Shown in pieces: positions 32,621 to 42,418 of a stretch of 64,000 nucleotides of DNA (the first letter of the stretch is position 1; every line of letters starts with the position of its first letter). The translations under genes were made by a program, and so were the position numbers. The stretch spans positions 2,516 through 66,515 of the forward strand of contig JBBSKF010000003.1 of assembly GCA_038256525.1 (NCBI GenBank), read 5' to 3'. Below the pieces are notes generated by a model. That model was not told the origin of the DNA. It worked only from the letters and a program-made list of their open reading frames with translations, and made no database searches. The DNA comes from Mycobacteriales bacterium (GTDB lineage Bacteria > Actinomycetota > Actinomycetes > Mycobacteriales > SCTD01).

Positions 32621-33103
32621 GTGGCCCCGACCCCCCGTCTGTCCCCCGGCGAATCTGCGCCTGACTTCACCCTTCCGGACGCCGATGGAGCGCTGGTCTC
32701 GCTCGCCGACCTGCGCAGCAGGAGGGTCATCCTCTACGTCTATCCGGCGGCGTCCACTCCTGGCTGCACCACGCAGGCCTGTGACTTTCGCGACAGCCTG
32801 AACAGCCTGCAGGCCGCCGGTTACGAGGTGATCGGCCTGTCCCCTGACCCGCCGGACAAGCTGGCCGCGTTCCGTGACGCGCAGGGGTTGACCTTTGCCT
32901 TGCTGTCCGACCCGTCGAGGCAGGTGCTGACGGCCTACGGCGCCTACGGCGAGAAGAGCCTGTACGGCAAGACCGTTGTCGGGGTGATCCGCTCGACGTT
33001 CGTTCTCGACGAGCACGGGACAGTCATCACGGCCTCCTACGGCGTCAAGGCCACCGGCCACGTCGCCAAGCTGCGCCGCGACCTCGGGCTGGCGGCCAGG
33101 TGA
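32621..33103 (+). CDS. bcp: thioredoxin-dependent thiol peroxidase (peroxiredoxin Bcp)
   Basis: APDFTLPDADG..VILYVYPAASTPGCTTQACDFRD. GTG start at 32621. Confidence 0.85.
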   Translation: MAPTPRLSPGESAPDFTLPDADGALVSLADLRSRRVILYVYPAASTPGCTTQACDFRDSLNSLQAAGYEVIGLSPDPPDKLAAFRDAQGLTFALLSDPSRQVLTAYGAYGEKSLYGKTVVGVIRSTFVLDEHGTVITASYGVKATGHVAKLRRDLGLAAR

Positions 33104-33132
33104 CTCGGTCTGCAGACCCCTAACATCTGGCA

Positions 33133-33206
33133 GGGGCCGTAGCCCAACGGCAGGAGGCGCGCCGCTTAGGTCGGCGACAGTGCGAGTTCGAATCTCGTCG
33201 GCCCCA
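33133..33206 (+). tRNA. 74-nt class-I tRNA with anticodon UAG (Leu by anticodon), atypical for bacterial tRNA-Leu
   Basis: Hand fold. The acceptor stem is GGGGCCG/CGGCCCC with A73. The anticodon stem is CGCCG/CGGCG with loop CUUAGGU (U33, anticodon 33167-33169 TAG, G37). The variable loop is 5 nt. The T arm is GCGAG-TTCGAAT-CTCGT. The D arm is weak (3 bp plus a C.A mismatch). No CCA is encoded. Confidence 0.7.
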
Positions 33207-33329
33207 CACACCTGCCACGCTGAGCTCGAGTTCCTGGCCGGCCGGGCCGGTCGCGGCCGCGGCACCATTCGAGCGGGCGTCGAAGCGCTCGAAGGCCGGC
33301 TCGGGGCGCCCGCCCGCCTCAGTCCGGTC

Positions 33330-33429
33330 CCGCCGCCCCAATCCCCGCTGATCATGGAGTTGTTGCCCGCCTGCTGAGCCTGAGGGGTGTGCAGTAACTC
33401 CATGATCGGCGCGGGGGTCGGGGCGGCGG
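33330..33429. repeat. ~100-nt imperfect palindrome (32/34-nt arms, 34-nt loop)
   Basis: CCGCCGCCCCAATCCCCGCTGATCATGGAGTT ... AACTCCATGATCGGCGCGGGGGTCGGGGCGGCGG. The inner 12 nt are perfect and the outer 10 nt are perfect. Confidence 0.7.
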
Positions 33430-33469
33430 GGCGAGGGGGTGCTTGGCTCGAGGACTACGCTCGGCGAGC

Positions 33470-34402
33470 ATGACGCGAACGGTCGTGACGGGGGGTGCGG
33501 GCTTCCTCGGCTCGCACCTGTGCGAGCAGTTGCTGGCCGACGGGCACGAGGTCATCGCGCTGGACAACTTCCTCACCGGCAGTCCTGGCAACGTCGAACA
33601 CCTGCTGGAGCACGAAGGCTTCCGCCTGATCCGCTGCGACGTCACCGAATACGTCCATGTGCCCGGACCGGTCGACCAGATCCTGCACTTCGCGAGCCCG
33701 GCCAGCCCGATCGACTACCTGCTGCTGCCGATCGAGACGATGAAAGTCGGCTCTATCGGCACGCTTCACGCCTTGGGCTTGGCGAAGGAGAAGGGCGCCC
33801 GCGTCCTGCTCGCGTCGACCTCCGAGACCTACGGTGACCCCCAGGTCCACCCACAGCCGGAGACCTACTGGGGGCATGTCAACCCGGTCGGGCCGCGCGG
33901 GGTCTACGACGAGGCCAAGCGGTTCGCCGAGGCCTTGACGATGGCCTACCGGCGCACGCACGGGGTGGACACCGCCATCGTGCGGATCTTCAACAGCTTC
34001 GGAACCCGGATGAGACCTGACGATGGGCGGGCGATCCCGACGTTCATCCGCCAGGCGCTGACGGGGAAGCCGATCACCGTCGCCGGCGACGGCAGCCAGA
34101 CCCGGTCCGTCTGCTATGTCGACGATCTCGTGCGCGGTCTGCTGCTGCTGCTGCGCAGCGACCTGTCCGGTCCGGTGAACATCGGCAACCCGCACGAGCT
34201 GTCCATGCTGGCGCTCGCCGAGCGCATCAAGGCGCTGAGTGGCAGCAGCAGTGAAATCACCTTCATTCCCCGACCGACTGATGACCCGACGGTCCGCCAA
34301 CCGGACATCACCCTGGCCAAACGCGAGCTCGGCTGGGAGCCGCAGGTCGAGCTCGACGAGGGGCTGCGGCGGACGATCGAGTGGTTCCGCACGCAGGTCT
34401 AG
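33470..34402 (+). CDS. UDP-glucuronate decarboxylase (UDP-xylose synthase), SDR family
   Basis: [35 protein letters not shown].. Confidence 0.85.
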   Translation: MTRTVVTGGAGFLGSHLCEQLLADGHEVIALDNFLTGSPGNVEHLLEHEGFRLIRCDVTEYVHVPGPVDQILHFASPASPIDYLLLPIETMKVGSIGTLHALGLAKEKGARVLLASTSETYGDPQVHPQPETYWGHVNPVGPRGVYDEAKRFAEALTMAYRRTHGVDTAIVRIFNSFGTRMRPDDGRAIPTFIRQALTGKPITVAGDGSQTRSVCYVDDLVRGLLLLLRSDLSGPVNIGNPHELSMLALAERIKALSGSSSEITFIPRPTDDPTVRQPDITLAKRELGWEPQVELDEGLRRTIEWFRTQV

Positions 34403-34992
34403 GACAACTCGAGCGCCGCCAGCAGCGCCGGCACGAGAAGTCGAAAAGCTCTGCCTCGGTGACTGATCGCGTCCTTTTGCTCCGGCGGGAGCTCCGCGGT
34501 GGTCACCGTCAGACCGATCGGCACCAGCACCGGGTCGTAACCGAAGCCGCCCGTCCCCCGTGGCTCACGCAGCACGGTGCCACGCAGCTCGCCGACAAAC
34601 ACCTCGCTGCGACCGTCCGGCAGGGCGTAGGCCGCCGCGCACACGAAAGCAGCGCCCCGCCGCCCGGCCGGCACATCGGCCACCTGCGCCAGCAACAGCT
34701 CCAGATTGGCGCGATCGTCCCCATGCTGACCCGCCCAACGCGCTGAGAGCACACCCGGCATGCCGGACAGCGCATCCACCGCGAGACCGCTGTCGTCCGC
34801 GACCGAAGGCAGCCCGGTGTGGTGCACGGCCTCCTGCGCCTTGGCGAGCGCGTTGTCGGCGAAGGTGGCGCCGGTCTCGGGTCCGGGCTCGTACGCCCCG
34901 TCGATCCCGATCAGCTCGACCGCGCCGGCAAGGATCCGTCGCAACTCGACGATCTTGCCCGGGTTGGCGGTCGCGAGGACGACCTTTCTCAC
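34399..34992 (-). CDS. rdgB: non-canonical purine NTP pyrophosphatase (RdgB/HAM1)
   Basis: [24 protein letters not shown].. Confidence 0.9.
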   Translation of the reverse strand: MRKVVLATANPGKIVELRRILAGAVELIGIDGAYEPGPETGATFADNALAKAQEAVHHTGLPSVADDSGLAVDALSGMPGVLSARWAGQHGDDRANLELLLAQVADVPAGRRGAAFVCAAAYALPDGRSEVFVGELRGTVLREPRGTGGFGYDPVLVPIGLTVTTAELPPEQKDAISHRGRAFRLLVPALLAALELS

Positions 34993-35732
34993 AGCTTGAG
35001 CGGGTCGCCGCCGCCCGACACCCGCAACGGCTCGGCCAGCGCGCCGGCCTGCAACGCCGTGAGCGTCGCGATCCCGCCGAGCGCCAGGTCCAGCAGCGCG
35101 TCGAGCTCGGCCCGCGCGAACGGCGCGCCCTCGGCGGTGCCCTGCACTTCGATGAGCTCGCCGTCGCCGGTCGCGACGACGTTCATGTCGGTCCCGGCCG
35201 CGACGTCCTCGGGGTAGTCCAGGTCGAGCACGGGCGTCCCGTCGACGATGCCGACGCTGATGGCCGCGACGCTGCGGACCATGGCCTGCGGCCGGTCGAG
35301 GCCGGCGCAGGCGTCGGACAGCGCGAGGAAGGCTCCGGTGATGGCGGCGGTGCGCGTGCCGCCGTCTGCCTGCAGGACGTCGCAGTCGACGGCGATGGTG
35401 TTCTCACCGAGTAGGGACAGGTCGATCGCCGCCCGCAGACTGCGGCCGATCAGCCGGCTGATCTCGTGCGTGCGCCCGCCGAGCCGGCCCTTGACCGACT
35501 CGCGGTCGCTACGGGTGTGGGTGGCACGGGGCAGCATGGCGTATTCCGAGGTCACCCAGCCGAGCCCGGAACCCTTGCGCCACCGGGGGACGCCCTGCGT
35601 GACGCTGGCCGCGACCAGCACGCGGGTACGTCCGAACTCGATCAGGCAGGACCCCTCGGCATGGTCCAGCCAGCCGCGGGTCAGCATCACGGGGCGGAGC
35701 TGGTCGACTGCGCGGCCGTCGTGTCGATTCAC
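34989..35732 (-). CDS. rph: ribonuclease PH
   Basis: [52 protein letters not shown] start at 35732. The upstream 78 codons of the track ORF were rejected. Confidence 0.9.
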   Translation of the reverse strand: MNRHDGRAVDQLRPVMLTRGWLDHAEGSCLIEFGRTRVLVAASVTQGVPRWRKGSGLGWVTSEYAMLPRATHTRSDRESVKGRLGGRTHEISRLIGRSLRAAIDLSLLGENTIAVDCDVLQADGGTRTAAITGAFLALSDACAGLDRPQAMVRSVAAISVGIVDGTPVLDLDYPEDVAAGTDMNVVATGDGELIEVQGTAEGAPFARAELDALLDLALGGIATLTALQAGALAEPLRVSGGGDPLKL

Positions 35733-35749
35733 GGGGTGGACCCTAGTCC

Positions 35750-36496
35750 TCAGAGATCGTAGGACTGCCCGCAGCGGGCCAGCTCCACCGGGCCGTCGTA
35801 GGCGCTGCGCGCCTCGGCCAGGATCACCTCGGGGTCGGACCAGACGACCAGATGCGTCAGCAGCAACCGGCGGGCGCGGGCCTTCGCCGCATGCTCCCCG
35901 GCCTCCCGGCCGGACAGGTGCAGGTCCGGCGGCCGGTCCGGCCGGTCGGTCCAGCTGGCCTCGCACAGCAACAGGTCGCAGTCCGTCGCCAACTCGACGA
36001 GGGACTCGGTCCGGCCGGTGTCACCGGAGTAGACGAGCGACCGGCCGGCGCACTCCACGCGTACGCCATGGCACTCGACCGGATGGTTCATCAACGCGGT
36101 CGTCACCGTGAAAGGGCCGAGCCCGCGGGAGCCCGTCGGCACCTCGCGGAAGTCGTAGACATCCCGCAGCGCGTTCTCCGGCGGGCTGTCGAAAGCCGCG
36201 CAGATCCGGGCGGCGGTGCCGGCGGGGCCGTAGACCGGCAGCGGCGGCGGGTTCCCGTCCGGGTGGTAGCGGCGGGCGTAGGAGTAGGTGACGAGCTCGA
36301 GGCAGTGGTCGGCGTGCAGATGGCTCAGATAGACGGCGTCGACCTCGAGCAGGCCGAGGTGGCGCTGCAGCGGGCCGAGCGAGCCGGTGCCGAAGTCGAG
36401 CAGCAGCCGAAACCCGTCGTGCTCGAGCAGGTAGGCCGAGCAGGGCGAGTCCGGCCCGGGGAAGGTGCCTGCGCTGCCGAACACGGTGAGCTTCAC
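35750..36496 (-). CDS. MBL-fold metallo-hydrolase (Rv1339-like, possible cyclic-nucleotide phosphodiesterase)
   Basis: [11 protein letters not shown] motif. It shows conserved synteny between murI and rph. Confidence 0.75.
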   Translation of the reverse strand: MKLTVFGSAGTFPGPDSPCSAYLLEHDGFRLLLDFGTGSLGPLQRHLGLLEVDAVYLSHLHADHCLELVTYSYARRYHPDGNPPPLPVYGPAGTAARICAAFDSPPENALRDVYDFREVPTGSRGLGPFTVTTALMNHPVECHGVRVECAGRSLVYSGDTGRTESLVELATDCDLLLCEASWTDRPDRPPDLHLSGREAGEHAAKARARRLLLTHLVVWSDPEVILAEARSAYDGPVELARCGQSYDL

Positions 36497-37350
36497 GACA
36501 CCGCCCGCATCGTCGTGACCTGCCCGATCTCGGGGCCGAGGAACCGGCGGCCCAGCCGGGCGAACGGCTCGGCGTCGCCGGTGGCCACGAACCGGTGGTC
36601 GGGGGCCGGCCGCTCGGGGTCACGGCCCAGGCCGTTGCGGGCCAGCACCCGGTAGACGTCCTTGGCCGTCTCCTCCGCGCTGCTCACCAGGCTCACCTGT
36701 TCACCGACCACGAGGCTGATCATGCCGGTCAGCAGCGGGTAGTGGGTGCAGCCCAGCACCAGCGTGTCCACCTCTGCCTGCAGCACCGGGTCAAGGTAGT
36801 GGGTGGCGAGCTGCAGCAGCTGCCGCCCGGTCGTGACGCCCCGCTCGACGAAGTCGACGAACCGCGGGCAGGCTGCGCTGGTCAGGCTGACGTGGGGCGC
36901 GGCCGCGAAGGCGTCGTCGTAGGCCTGACTGTCCACGGTGATCTGCGTGCCGATCAGCCCGACGCGGCCGTTGCGGGTGGCGGCGACGGCCCGCCGCACC
37001 GCCGGCTGGATGACCTCCACCACCGGCAGGTCGTAGCGCTCCCGGGCGTCCCGCAGGCATGCGCTGCTGGCGCTGTTGCAGGCGATCACCAGCAGCTTGA
37101 CGCCCTGCTGCACGAGCGAGTCCATCGCGGACAGGGCATGCCGGCGGACGTCGGCGAGGGGCAGCGGGCCGTACGGGCCGTGCGCGGTGTCCCCCACGTA
37201 GAGCAGCGGCTCGCCGGGCAGCTGGTCGAGCAGGGCGCGGGCCACGGTCAGCCCACCGACGCCGGAATCGAACACCCCGATCGCCGCGTCACTTGCGGGG
37301 GGGGTGGGCACGCCGATCCACGTCCTTTCCTGCAGCGGTCTGTCAACCAC
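36493..37350 (-). CDS. murI: glutamate racemase
   Basis: [30 protein letters not shown]. Confidence 0.9.
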   Translation of the reverse strand: MVDRPLQERTWIGVPTPPASDAAIGVFDSGVGGLTVARALLDQLPGEPLLYVGDTAHGPYGPLPLADVRRHALSAMDSLVQQGVKLLVIACNSASSACLRDARERYDLPVVEVIQPAVRRAVAATRNGRVGLIGTQITVDSQAYDDAFAAAPHVSLTSAACPRFVDFVERGVTTGRQLLQLATHYLDPVLQAEVDTLVLGCTHYPLLTGMISLVVGEQVSLVSSAEETAKDVYRVLARNGLGRDPERPAPDHRFVATGDAEPFARLGRRFLGPEIGQVTTMRAVS

Positions 37351-37362
37351 GTCGAGCCCTGG

Positions 37363-38454
37363 CTACTTGATCCCGGAAGACGTTGGTCCGAAGCGGAACT
37401 CCACCACGTCGCCGTCCTGCATCACGTAGTCCTTCCCCTCCATCCGGGCCTTGCCGGCCGAGCGCGCCGCCTGCGTCGAGCCGGCCGCCACCAGGTCGTC
37501 GAAACCGATGACCTCGGCCTTGATGAAGCCGCGCTGGAAATCGGTGTGGATGACGCCGGCCGCCTCGGGTGCCGTGGCTCCCTTGCGGATGGTCCACGCC
37601 CGCGACTCCTTCGGCCCCGCGGTGAGATAGGTCTGCAGCCCCAGGGTCTGGAACCCCACGCGCGCGAGCTGGTGCAGGCCGCTCTCGTTCTGCCCCATCG
37701 ACTGCAGCAGCTCGAGCGCCTCGTCCTCGGCCATCTCGATGAGCTCCATCTCTACCTTCGCATCGAGGAACACCGCCTCGGCCGGGGCCACCAGGGCCGC
37801 CAGCTCGGCGCGCAGCGCCTCGTCCCCCAGTTCGTCCTCGTCGAGGTTGAAGACATACAGAAAGGGCTTCGCGGTCAGCAGGTGCAGCTCACGCAACGGC
37901 TCGCGGTCGAGTCCGGCGCCGAACACGGTCCGGCCGGAGTCGAGCACCTGCTGCGCCTGCTGTACGGCCTCGAGCGTCGGCTGCATCTCCTTCCGCATCC
38001 GCGCCTCCTTCTCGAGCCGAGGCAGCGCCCGCTCGATCGTCTGCAGGTCGGCGAGGATGAGCTCGGTGTTGATCGTGTCCATGTCGGACTGCGGCGAGAC
38101 CCGGCCGTCGACGTGCACGACGTTGTCATCCTCGAACACCCGGATCACCTGGCAGATCGCATCCGAGTCGCGGATGTTCGCCAGGAACTTGTTGCCCAGC
38201 CCTTCACCCTCGCTCGCGCCCTTGACGATGCCGGCGATGTCCACGAAGTCGACGGTCGCGGGGATGATCTTCTGCGAGCTGAAGATCTCGGCCAGCCTCG
38301 GCAGCCGCCCGTCCGGCACGCCGACCACACCGATGTTGGGCTCGATGGTGGCGAACGGGTAGTTGGCCGCCAGCACGCCGTTCTTGGTCAGGGCGTTGAA
38401 CAGGGTGCTCTTGCCGACGTTGGGCAGACCGACGATGCCGAGGGAAAGGCTCAC
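37363..38454 (-). CDS. ychF: redox-regulated ATPase YchF
   Basis: LSLGIVGLPNVGKSTLFNALT..C-terminal TGS-like domain. GTG start at 38454. The remaining 239 upstream codons of the track ORF were rejected. Confidence 0.9.
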   Translation of the reverse strand: MSLSLGIVGLPNVGKSTLFNALTKNGVLAANYPFATIEPNIGVVGVPDGRLPRLAEIFSSQKIIPATVDFVDIAGIVKGASEGEGLGNKFLANIRDSDAICQVIRVFEDDNVVHVDGRVSPQSDMDTINTELILADLQTIERALPRLEKEARMRKEMQPTLEAVQQAQQVLDSGRTVFGAGLDREPLRELHLLTAKPFLYVFNLDEDELGDEALRAELAALVAPAEAVFLDAKVEMELIEMAEDEALELLQSMGQNESGLHQLARVGFQTLGLQTYLTAGPKESRAWTIRKGATAPEAAGVIHTDFQRGFIKAEVIGFDDLVAAGSTQAARSAGKARMEGKDYVMQDGDVVEFRFGPTSSGIK

Positions 38455-38529
38455 GGCGTACGACGCTACCGGCGCGGCACGCACCCTCTTGGAGCGCGTT
38501 CTGTCGGACCGCGGTGCCAACGTGTCCGC

Positions 38530-39714
38530 ATGGTCGTCGCTCTCGCCCTCACTGCGGGTCTCGTTGCGGGTCTCCTGCTCGGCCTGGTCGCCGGTCGGCT
38601 GCTGGGTCGCCGCGACGAGCATCTGCTGTTGTCCTCTTTCGAGGGCCTGGCCGCACGGGCCCTCGCCGGCACGCGAGACGAGGCCGGCCGCGAGCTGGAC
38701 GGCCAGCGCCACGCCATGGACCAGCTCGTGACACCGCTGCGTCACCAGCTCGCGCAGGTGGAGATGCAGCTTCGCGGGTTGGAGGTCGAGCGGGCCAGAG
38801 CCCATGCCCAGCTGCAGGAGCAGGTGAGCGGGGTGCGCCGCAGCTCGGAGCTCCTCGGTCGCGAAACCGCCTCGTTGGTCGATGCGCTGCGCCGTCCGCA
38901 GGCGCGAGGCCGCTGGGGTGAGGTGCAGCTGCGGCGGTGCGTGGAGTTCGCCGGAATGGTCGACCGCTGTGACTTCACCGAGCAGGCGTCCATGGTTGCT
39001 GTCGATGGCGCCGTCCTGCGGCCCGATCTCGTGATTCGCCTCGCCGGCGGGCGCAGCGTCGTCGTCGACGCGAAGGTGACCCTTGCCGCCTACCTCGAGG
39101 CGATCGAGTGCGAGGACGACAAGCGGGCCCACGACCGCATGGCGGCGCACGCGCGTCATCTGCGCCGGCACGTCGACCGCTTGGCCGAGAAGTCCTACTG
39201 GGCAGCCCTACCCGACAGTCCAGAGTTCGTCGTGCTCTTCCTACCCGGCGAGGCGTTTCTGGCTCCGGCGCTCGAGCACGACCCGGCGCTGCTCGAGCAC
39301 GCGTATGCGCAGCGGGTCCACCTGGCGACGCCGACGACGCTGATCTCGCTGCTCCGCACCGTCGCGCACACCTGGCAGCAGGACTCGCTGACCGAGAATG
39401 CCCGAGCGGTCGTCGCGGCCGGCAAGGAGCTGTATTCCAGGCTCGAGATCCTGGGTGCTCACGTCGACAAGCTCGGCCGATCCCTGGGCACGGCGGTGAC
39501 CGACTTCAACAAGACGATCGGATCTCTGGAGCGGACGCTGCTTCCAGCGGTCCGGACACTGGCCGACTTGAGCCTGTCCGAGTCTGCCGGGCCAGCACAG
39601 CCGATCTCGACGCTGCCACGGCCGCTGTCCGCGCCTGAGCTCGTGGCTCCGCTGCCCTCTGTGCACGAAGCGGCCGGACAGGAGCTGAGCCGGAAGGCCC
39701 GCGTCGCTCAGTAG
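38530..39714 (+). CDS. rmuC: DNA recombination protein RmuC
   Basis: N-terminal TM, then coiled coil, then RGRWGEVQLRRCVEFAGM..VVVDAKV..FVVLFLPGEAF. Only the last 394 codons of the 1039-codon track ORF are used. Confidence 0.85.
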   Translation: MVVALALTAGLVAGLLLGLVAGRLLGRRDEHLLLSSFEGLAARALAGTRDEAGRELDGQRHAMDQLVTPLRHQLAQVEMQLRGLEVERARAHAQLQEQVSGVRRSSELLGRETASLVDALRRPQARGRWGEVQLRRCVEFAGMVDRCDFTEQASMVAVDGAVLRPDLVIRLAGGRSVVVDAKVTLAAYLEAIECEDDKRAHDRMAAHARHLRRHVDRLAEKSYWAALPDSPEFVVLFLPGEAFLAPALEHDPALLEHAYAQRVHLATPTTLISLLRTVAHTWQQDSLTENARAVVAAGKELYSRLEILGAHVDKLGRSLGTAVTDFNKTIGSLERTLLPAVRTLADLSLSESAGPAQPISTLPRPLSAPELVAPLPSVHEAAGQELSRKARVAQ

Positions 39715-40775
39715 CGTCGCCAGCGTGGCACCGGGCGGCGGGCAGACAGGGCCGGGCTCGCCGGCGGCTCGGACACGTCAGGCGCCTGATCGGTGAGCGG
39801 CTCTGCGGGGTCTGGGTTCCACGCGACAGGACTGTGCGCCTGCTCGACGAGGTCGAGGTTCTCCCGTCCCGGTTCGGGCGCCGCCTCGGGCTCGGGATCG
39901 AACGCGGCCTCCTCGGGCTCGACCTCGGGCTCGACCTCGGGCTCGGGCTCGACCTCGGGCTCGGGCTCGGGCTCGACGTCGGGCTCGTCCTCGTCCTCGT
40001 CCCAGTAGGAAGGCTGCTGTTCGACCGAGCTCGGCGACGGCGACTCGTCCTGCTCGTCGGCCCATGACGGGGTCGGCAGGCCGGCCACGCCGGCAGCCTG
40101 CAGCTGCAGCAGCGCCGTTGTCTCATCCAGCCGCCGATGCGCGGCGGCCATGCCGGCCGCCGCCGTTTCGAGGGCCGCGACAGCGCCCTCCACCCGCTCC
40201 TGCAACTCGGCACCGGCATCCTCGGCCACCCGGCCCGCCCGCGCAGCCGCCTCGTCGACGCGCGCATTCCAGTCGCCTTGCAGCGCCGAAACGGTGCGGC
40301 GTACCTGCTCGCAGGTGGTGGTCAGGGTCGCGAGCCGCTCCTGCGTGCTGCGGGTTGCCGCAGAGCCGGCCACCGACTGGGCCATCACCTCGGCAAGTCG
40401 GGCGCGGACAAGGCTGTGCTGCTCCTCGAGCCGGTCGAGCAGACTCTCCCGGAGTCGATCGGTGGCCCTCTCCACGCCGGTGGTGGTGTCGGTGAGGGCG
40501 GCGCGGGTGGTGTCGCCAGTGTCACTGACCGTCGCGACGACGCGATCGCGCACCGCTTCGAGCGCGTCGGCGAGGTCGACCCGCAGCGCCAGCAGGCTCG
40601 GGTCGGCTGCCTCGAAACCCGCCGCCACCTGCTGCCACATGGCTCGCTGGGCGGCGGCGGACTCGGCCAGGTCACGGCGCAGAGCGCGCAGCTCCGCCAC
40701 CACCGAGGCGCGTAGGAACTCCTGCGGATCAGCCTCCGGCGGACCGGCGTAACCGAGCGGCTGTTGCGGCTCCAC
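39708..40775 (-). CDS. hypothetical Ala/Arg/Glu-rich helical protein with acidic (PEPE/VEPE) repeat tail
   Basis: AAGGA RBS and GTG at 40775. The long helical low-complexity region is followed by DEDEDEPDVEPEPEPEVEPEPEVEPEVEPEE. Confidence 0.5.
   Translation of the reverse strand: MEPQQPLGYAGPPEADPQEFLRASVVAELRALRRDLAESAAAQRAMWQQVAAGFEAADPSLLALRVDLADALEAVRDRVVATVSDTGDTTRAALTDTTTGVERATDRLRESLLDRLEEQHSLVRARLAEVMAQSVAGSAATRSTQERLATLTTTCEQVRRTVSALQGDWNARVDEAAARAGRVAEDAGAELQERVEGAVAALETAAAGMAAAHRRLDETTALLQLQAAGVAGLPTPSWADEQDESPSPSSVEQQPSYWDEDEDEPDVEPEPEPEVEPEPEVEPEVEPEEAAFDPEPEAAPEPGRENLDLVEQAHSPVAWNPDPAEPLTDQAPDVSEPPASPALSARRPVPRWRRY
39884..40003. repeat. GGCTCG / GACCTC hexamer-based tandem repeats (code for the acidic PE/VE repeat)
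   Basis: Read directly: ..gggctcgacctcgggctcgacctcgggctcgggctcgacctcgggctcgggctcgggctcgacgtc.. Confidence 0.85.
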
Positions 40776-40847
40776 GTCGTTTCCTTCCCGTCCCGCCGAG
40801 GGTAGCGGGCGCAAGCCCCCCGGCGTCGTGCTTCGGCAACGACAGGT

Positions 40848-42086
40848 GTGGGAGCGTTTCGGCGACGTGCCGGCTCCTACCAGACGGACAACGGCCCGAC
40901 GCGCGAGGAGGTCCAGCTGACCGCGACGGGTGGCGACCCGGCTGCCGTCGGCATCGCCGTCGTGCTCGGCACCCGGCCGGATGCCCTCAAGCTCGCTCCG
41001 GTCGTCCAGGCGCTCCGGGCCTCCCCACTGTTCGACCCGGTGGTGATCGCCACCGGACAGCACCGCGAGATGCTCGATCAGGTCTTCGACGTCTTCGACC
41101 TGCGGCCGCAGGTCGACCTGCATGTGCTGCAGGACCGGCAGACCCTGACCAGCCTCACCGCTCGGGTGCTGACCGGTCTGGAGACGCTGCTCGCCGACCT
41201 GGCTCCGGCCGCCGTTGTGGTGCAGGGCGATACGACGACGACGTTCGCCGGTGCCCTCGCAGCCTTCTACGCCCGCATCCCGCTGGTCCACGTCGAGGCC
41301 GGCCTCCGTACGCACGATCGGTGGTCGCCCTACCCGGAGGAGATGAACCGTCGCCTGACCACGCAGCTGGCCGGGCTTCATCTGGCGCCGACCGAGCAGG
41401 CCCGGGACAACCTGCTCGTCGAGGGGATCGCCGCGGAGGCGGTGGTCGTCACCGGCAACACGAGCATCGACGCGCTGCTGTGGGCGGTGAACCGCCCAGC
41501 ACCGGACGACGCGCTGCTCGCCTCGCTCGGCGACGACCCGCGCCGGGTCCTGCTGGTCACCCTGCACCGGCGCGAGTCCTGGGGGGCACCGCTTCGAGCG
41601 GTCGCCGGCGCGCTCGCCGAACTGGCCCGCCTCGAGCCGGACCTGCTCCTGGTCCTGCCCCTGCACCGCAACCCCGTCGTCCGGGAGGCGCTGGTGCCGC
41701 TGCTCGGCGAGGTGGACAACGTACGACTGGTCGAACCGCAGGACTACGGGGTGTTCGTGCACCTCATGGCGCGGGCCGCCATCATCCTGACCGACTCTGG
41801 CGGCATCCAGGAGGAGGGGCCCAGCCTGGGCAAGCCGGTCCTGGTCGCGCGCGAGTCGACCGAACGACCGGAGGGCCTCGCGGCAGGCACGTCGTTGCTG
41901 GTGGGGACCGACGCCGAGCGCATCGTGACCGAAGTCCGGCGACTGCTGCACGATCCGGCGGCGTACCGCGCCATGGCTCGAGCAAGCAATCCGTACGGTG
42001 ATGGCCGGGCCGCCGAGCGGACGGTACTCGCGCTCGGACGCTTCCTCGGCGTGAGCGAACAGGGCATACCGGACTTCCGGCAATAA
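40848..42086 (+). CDS. wecB: UDP-N-acetylglucosamine 2-epimerase (non-hydrolysing)
   Basis: IAVVLGTRPDALKLAPV..TGQHREMLDQV..VQGDTTTTFAGALAAFY..VHVEAGLRT. The start is uncertain. Confidence 0.85.
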   Translation: MGAFRRRAGSYQTDNGPTREEVQLTATGGDPAAVGIAVVLGTRPDALKLAPVVQALRASPLFDPVVIATGQHREMLDQVFDVFDLRPQVDLHVLQDRQTLTSLTARVLTGLETLLADLAPAAVVVQGDTTTTFAGALAAFYARIPLVHVEAGLRTHDRWSPYPEEMNRRLTTQLAGLHLAPTEQARDNLLVEGIAAEAVVVTGNTSIDALLWAVNRPAPDDALLASLGDDPRRVLLVTLHRRESWGAPLRAVAGALAELARLEPDLLLVLPLHRNPVVREALVPLLGEVDNVRLVEPQDYGVFVHLMARAAIILTDSGGIQEEGPSLGKPVLVARESTERPEGLAAGTSLLVGTDAERIVTEVRRLLHDPAAYRAMARASNPYGDGRAAERTVLALGRFLGVSEQGIPDFRQ

Positions 42087-42196
42087 CCGTGCGTAACGTC
42101 CCAGTCCGGCAAACGGGCGCAGCCAGAACGGGACAAAGGGTGTTAGCCTCGCGTCTGCTCGCTGGAAGTTCGTCCCGCTGCTGCCCGGAGGTCCCT

Positions 42197-42418
42197 GTGT
42201 ACCGTGGTGTTCTCGGTGGTGGCGGTACGGCCGTGCTGGGCGTCGGTTTCACCGCCGACAGGCTGCCTCTCACCGGTGTGCCGCTGCTTCTGCTGCTGCT
42301 CATCGCGCTGACGATGATCGTGGTCGGCGTCGTGATGACCCGGGTGGCCTTCGGATCCGCACCCGCCGGTGGCCCGACGCCTGCGTCCCGGACGGGACGC
42401 GGCACCAAGGGGTCATGA
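42197..42418 (+). CDS. 73-aa Gly-rich mini-protein ending in LPLTG + TM helix + basic residues (candidate sorting substrate)
   Basis: MYRGVLGGGGTAVLGVGFTADRLPLTGVPLLLLLLIALTMIVVGVVMTRVAFGS.. GGAGG lies 5 nt upstream of GTG 42197. ATGA overlap with the next gene. The upstream part of the track ORF has low GC3. Confidence 0.6.
   Translation: MYRGVLGGGGTAVLGVGFTADRLPLTGVPLLLLLLIALTMIVVGVVMTRVAFGSAPAGGPTPASRTGRGTKGS

Noticed and set aside
33180-33377. 65-aa plus-strand ORF and the 405-aa minus-strand ORF 32186-33403
   Set aside because: They overlap the tRNA gene and the bcp/permease genes, and they show no protein-like composition.
36595-38529. First 645 codons of the 1039-aa plus-strand ORF
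   Set aside because: This part is antisense to murI and ychF. Only the part from ATG 38530 (RmuC, beginning with its TM helix) looks like a protein.
39884-40003. Short-period repeats that might suggest a CRISPR or VNTR locus
   Set aside because: These are hexamer repeats lying entirely inside a coding region (acidic PE/VE tail). There are no spacers, so this is not a CRISPR array.
42089-42196. Upstream extension (MRNVPVRQTG...) of the mini-protein ORF
   Set aside because: The third-codon-position GC drops (aac, cca, caa, aga, gga, tta, agt codons). A GGAGG RBS precedes the internal GTG at 42197.
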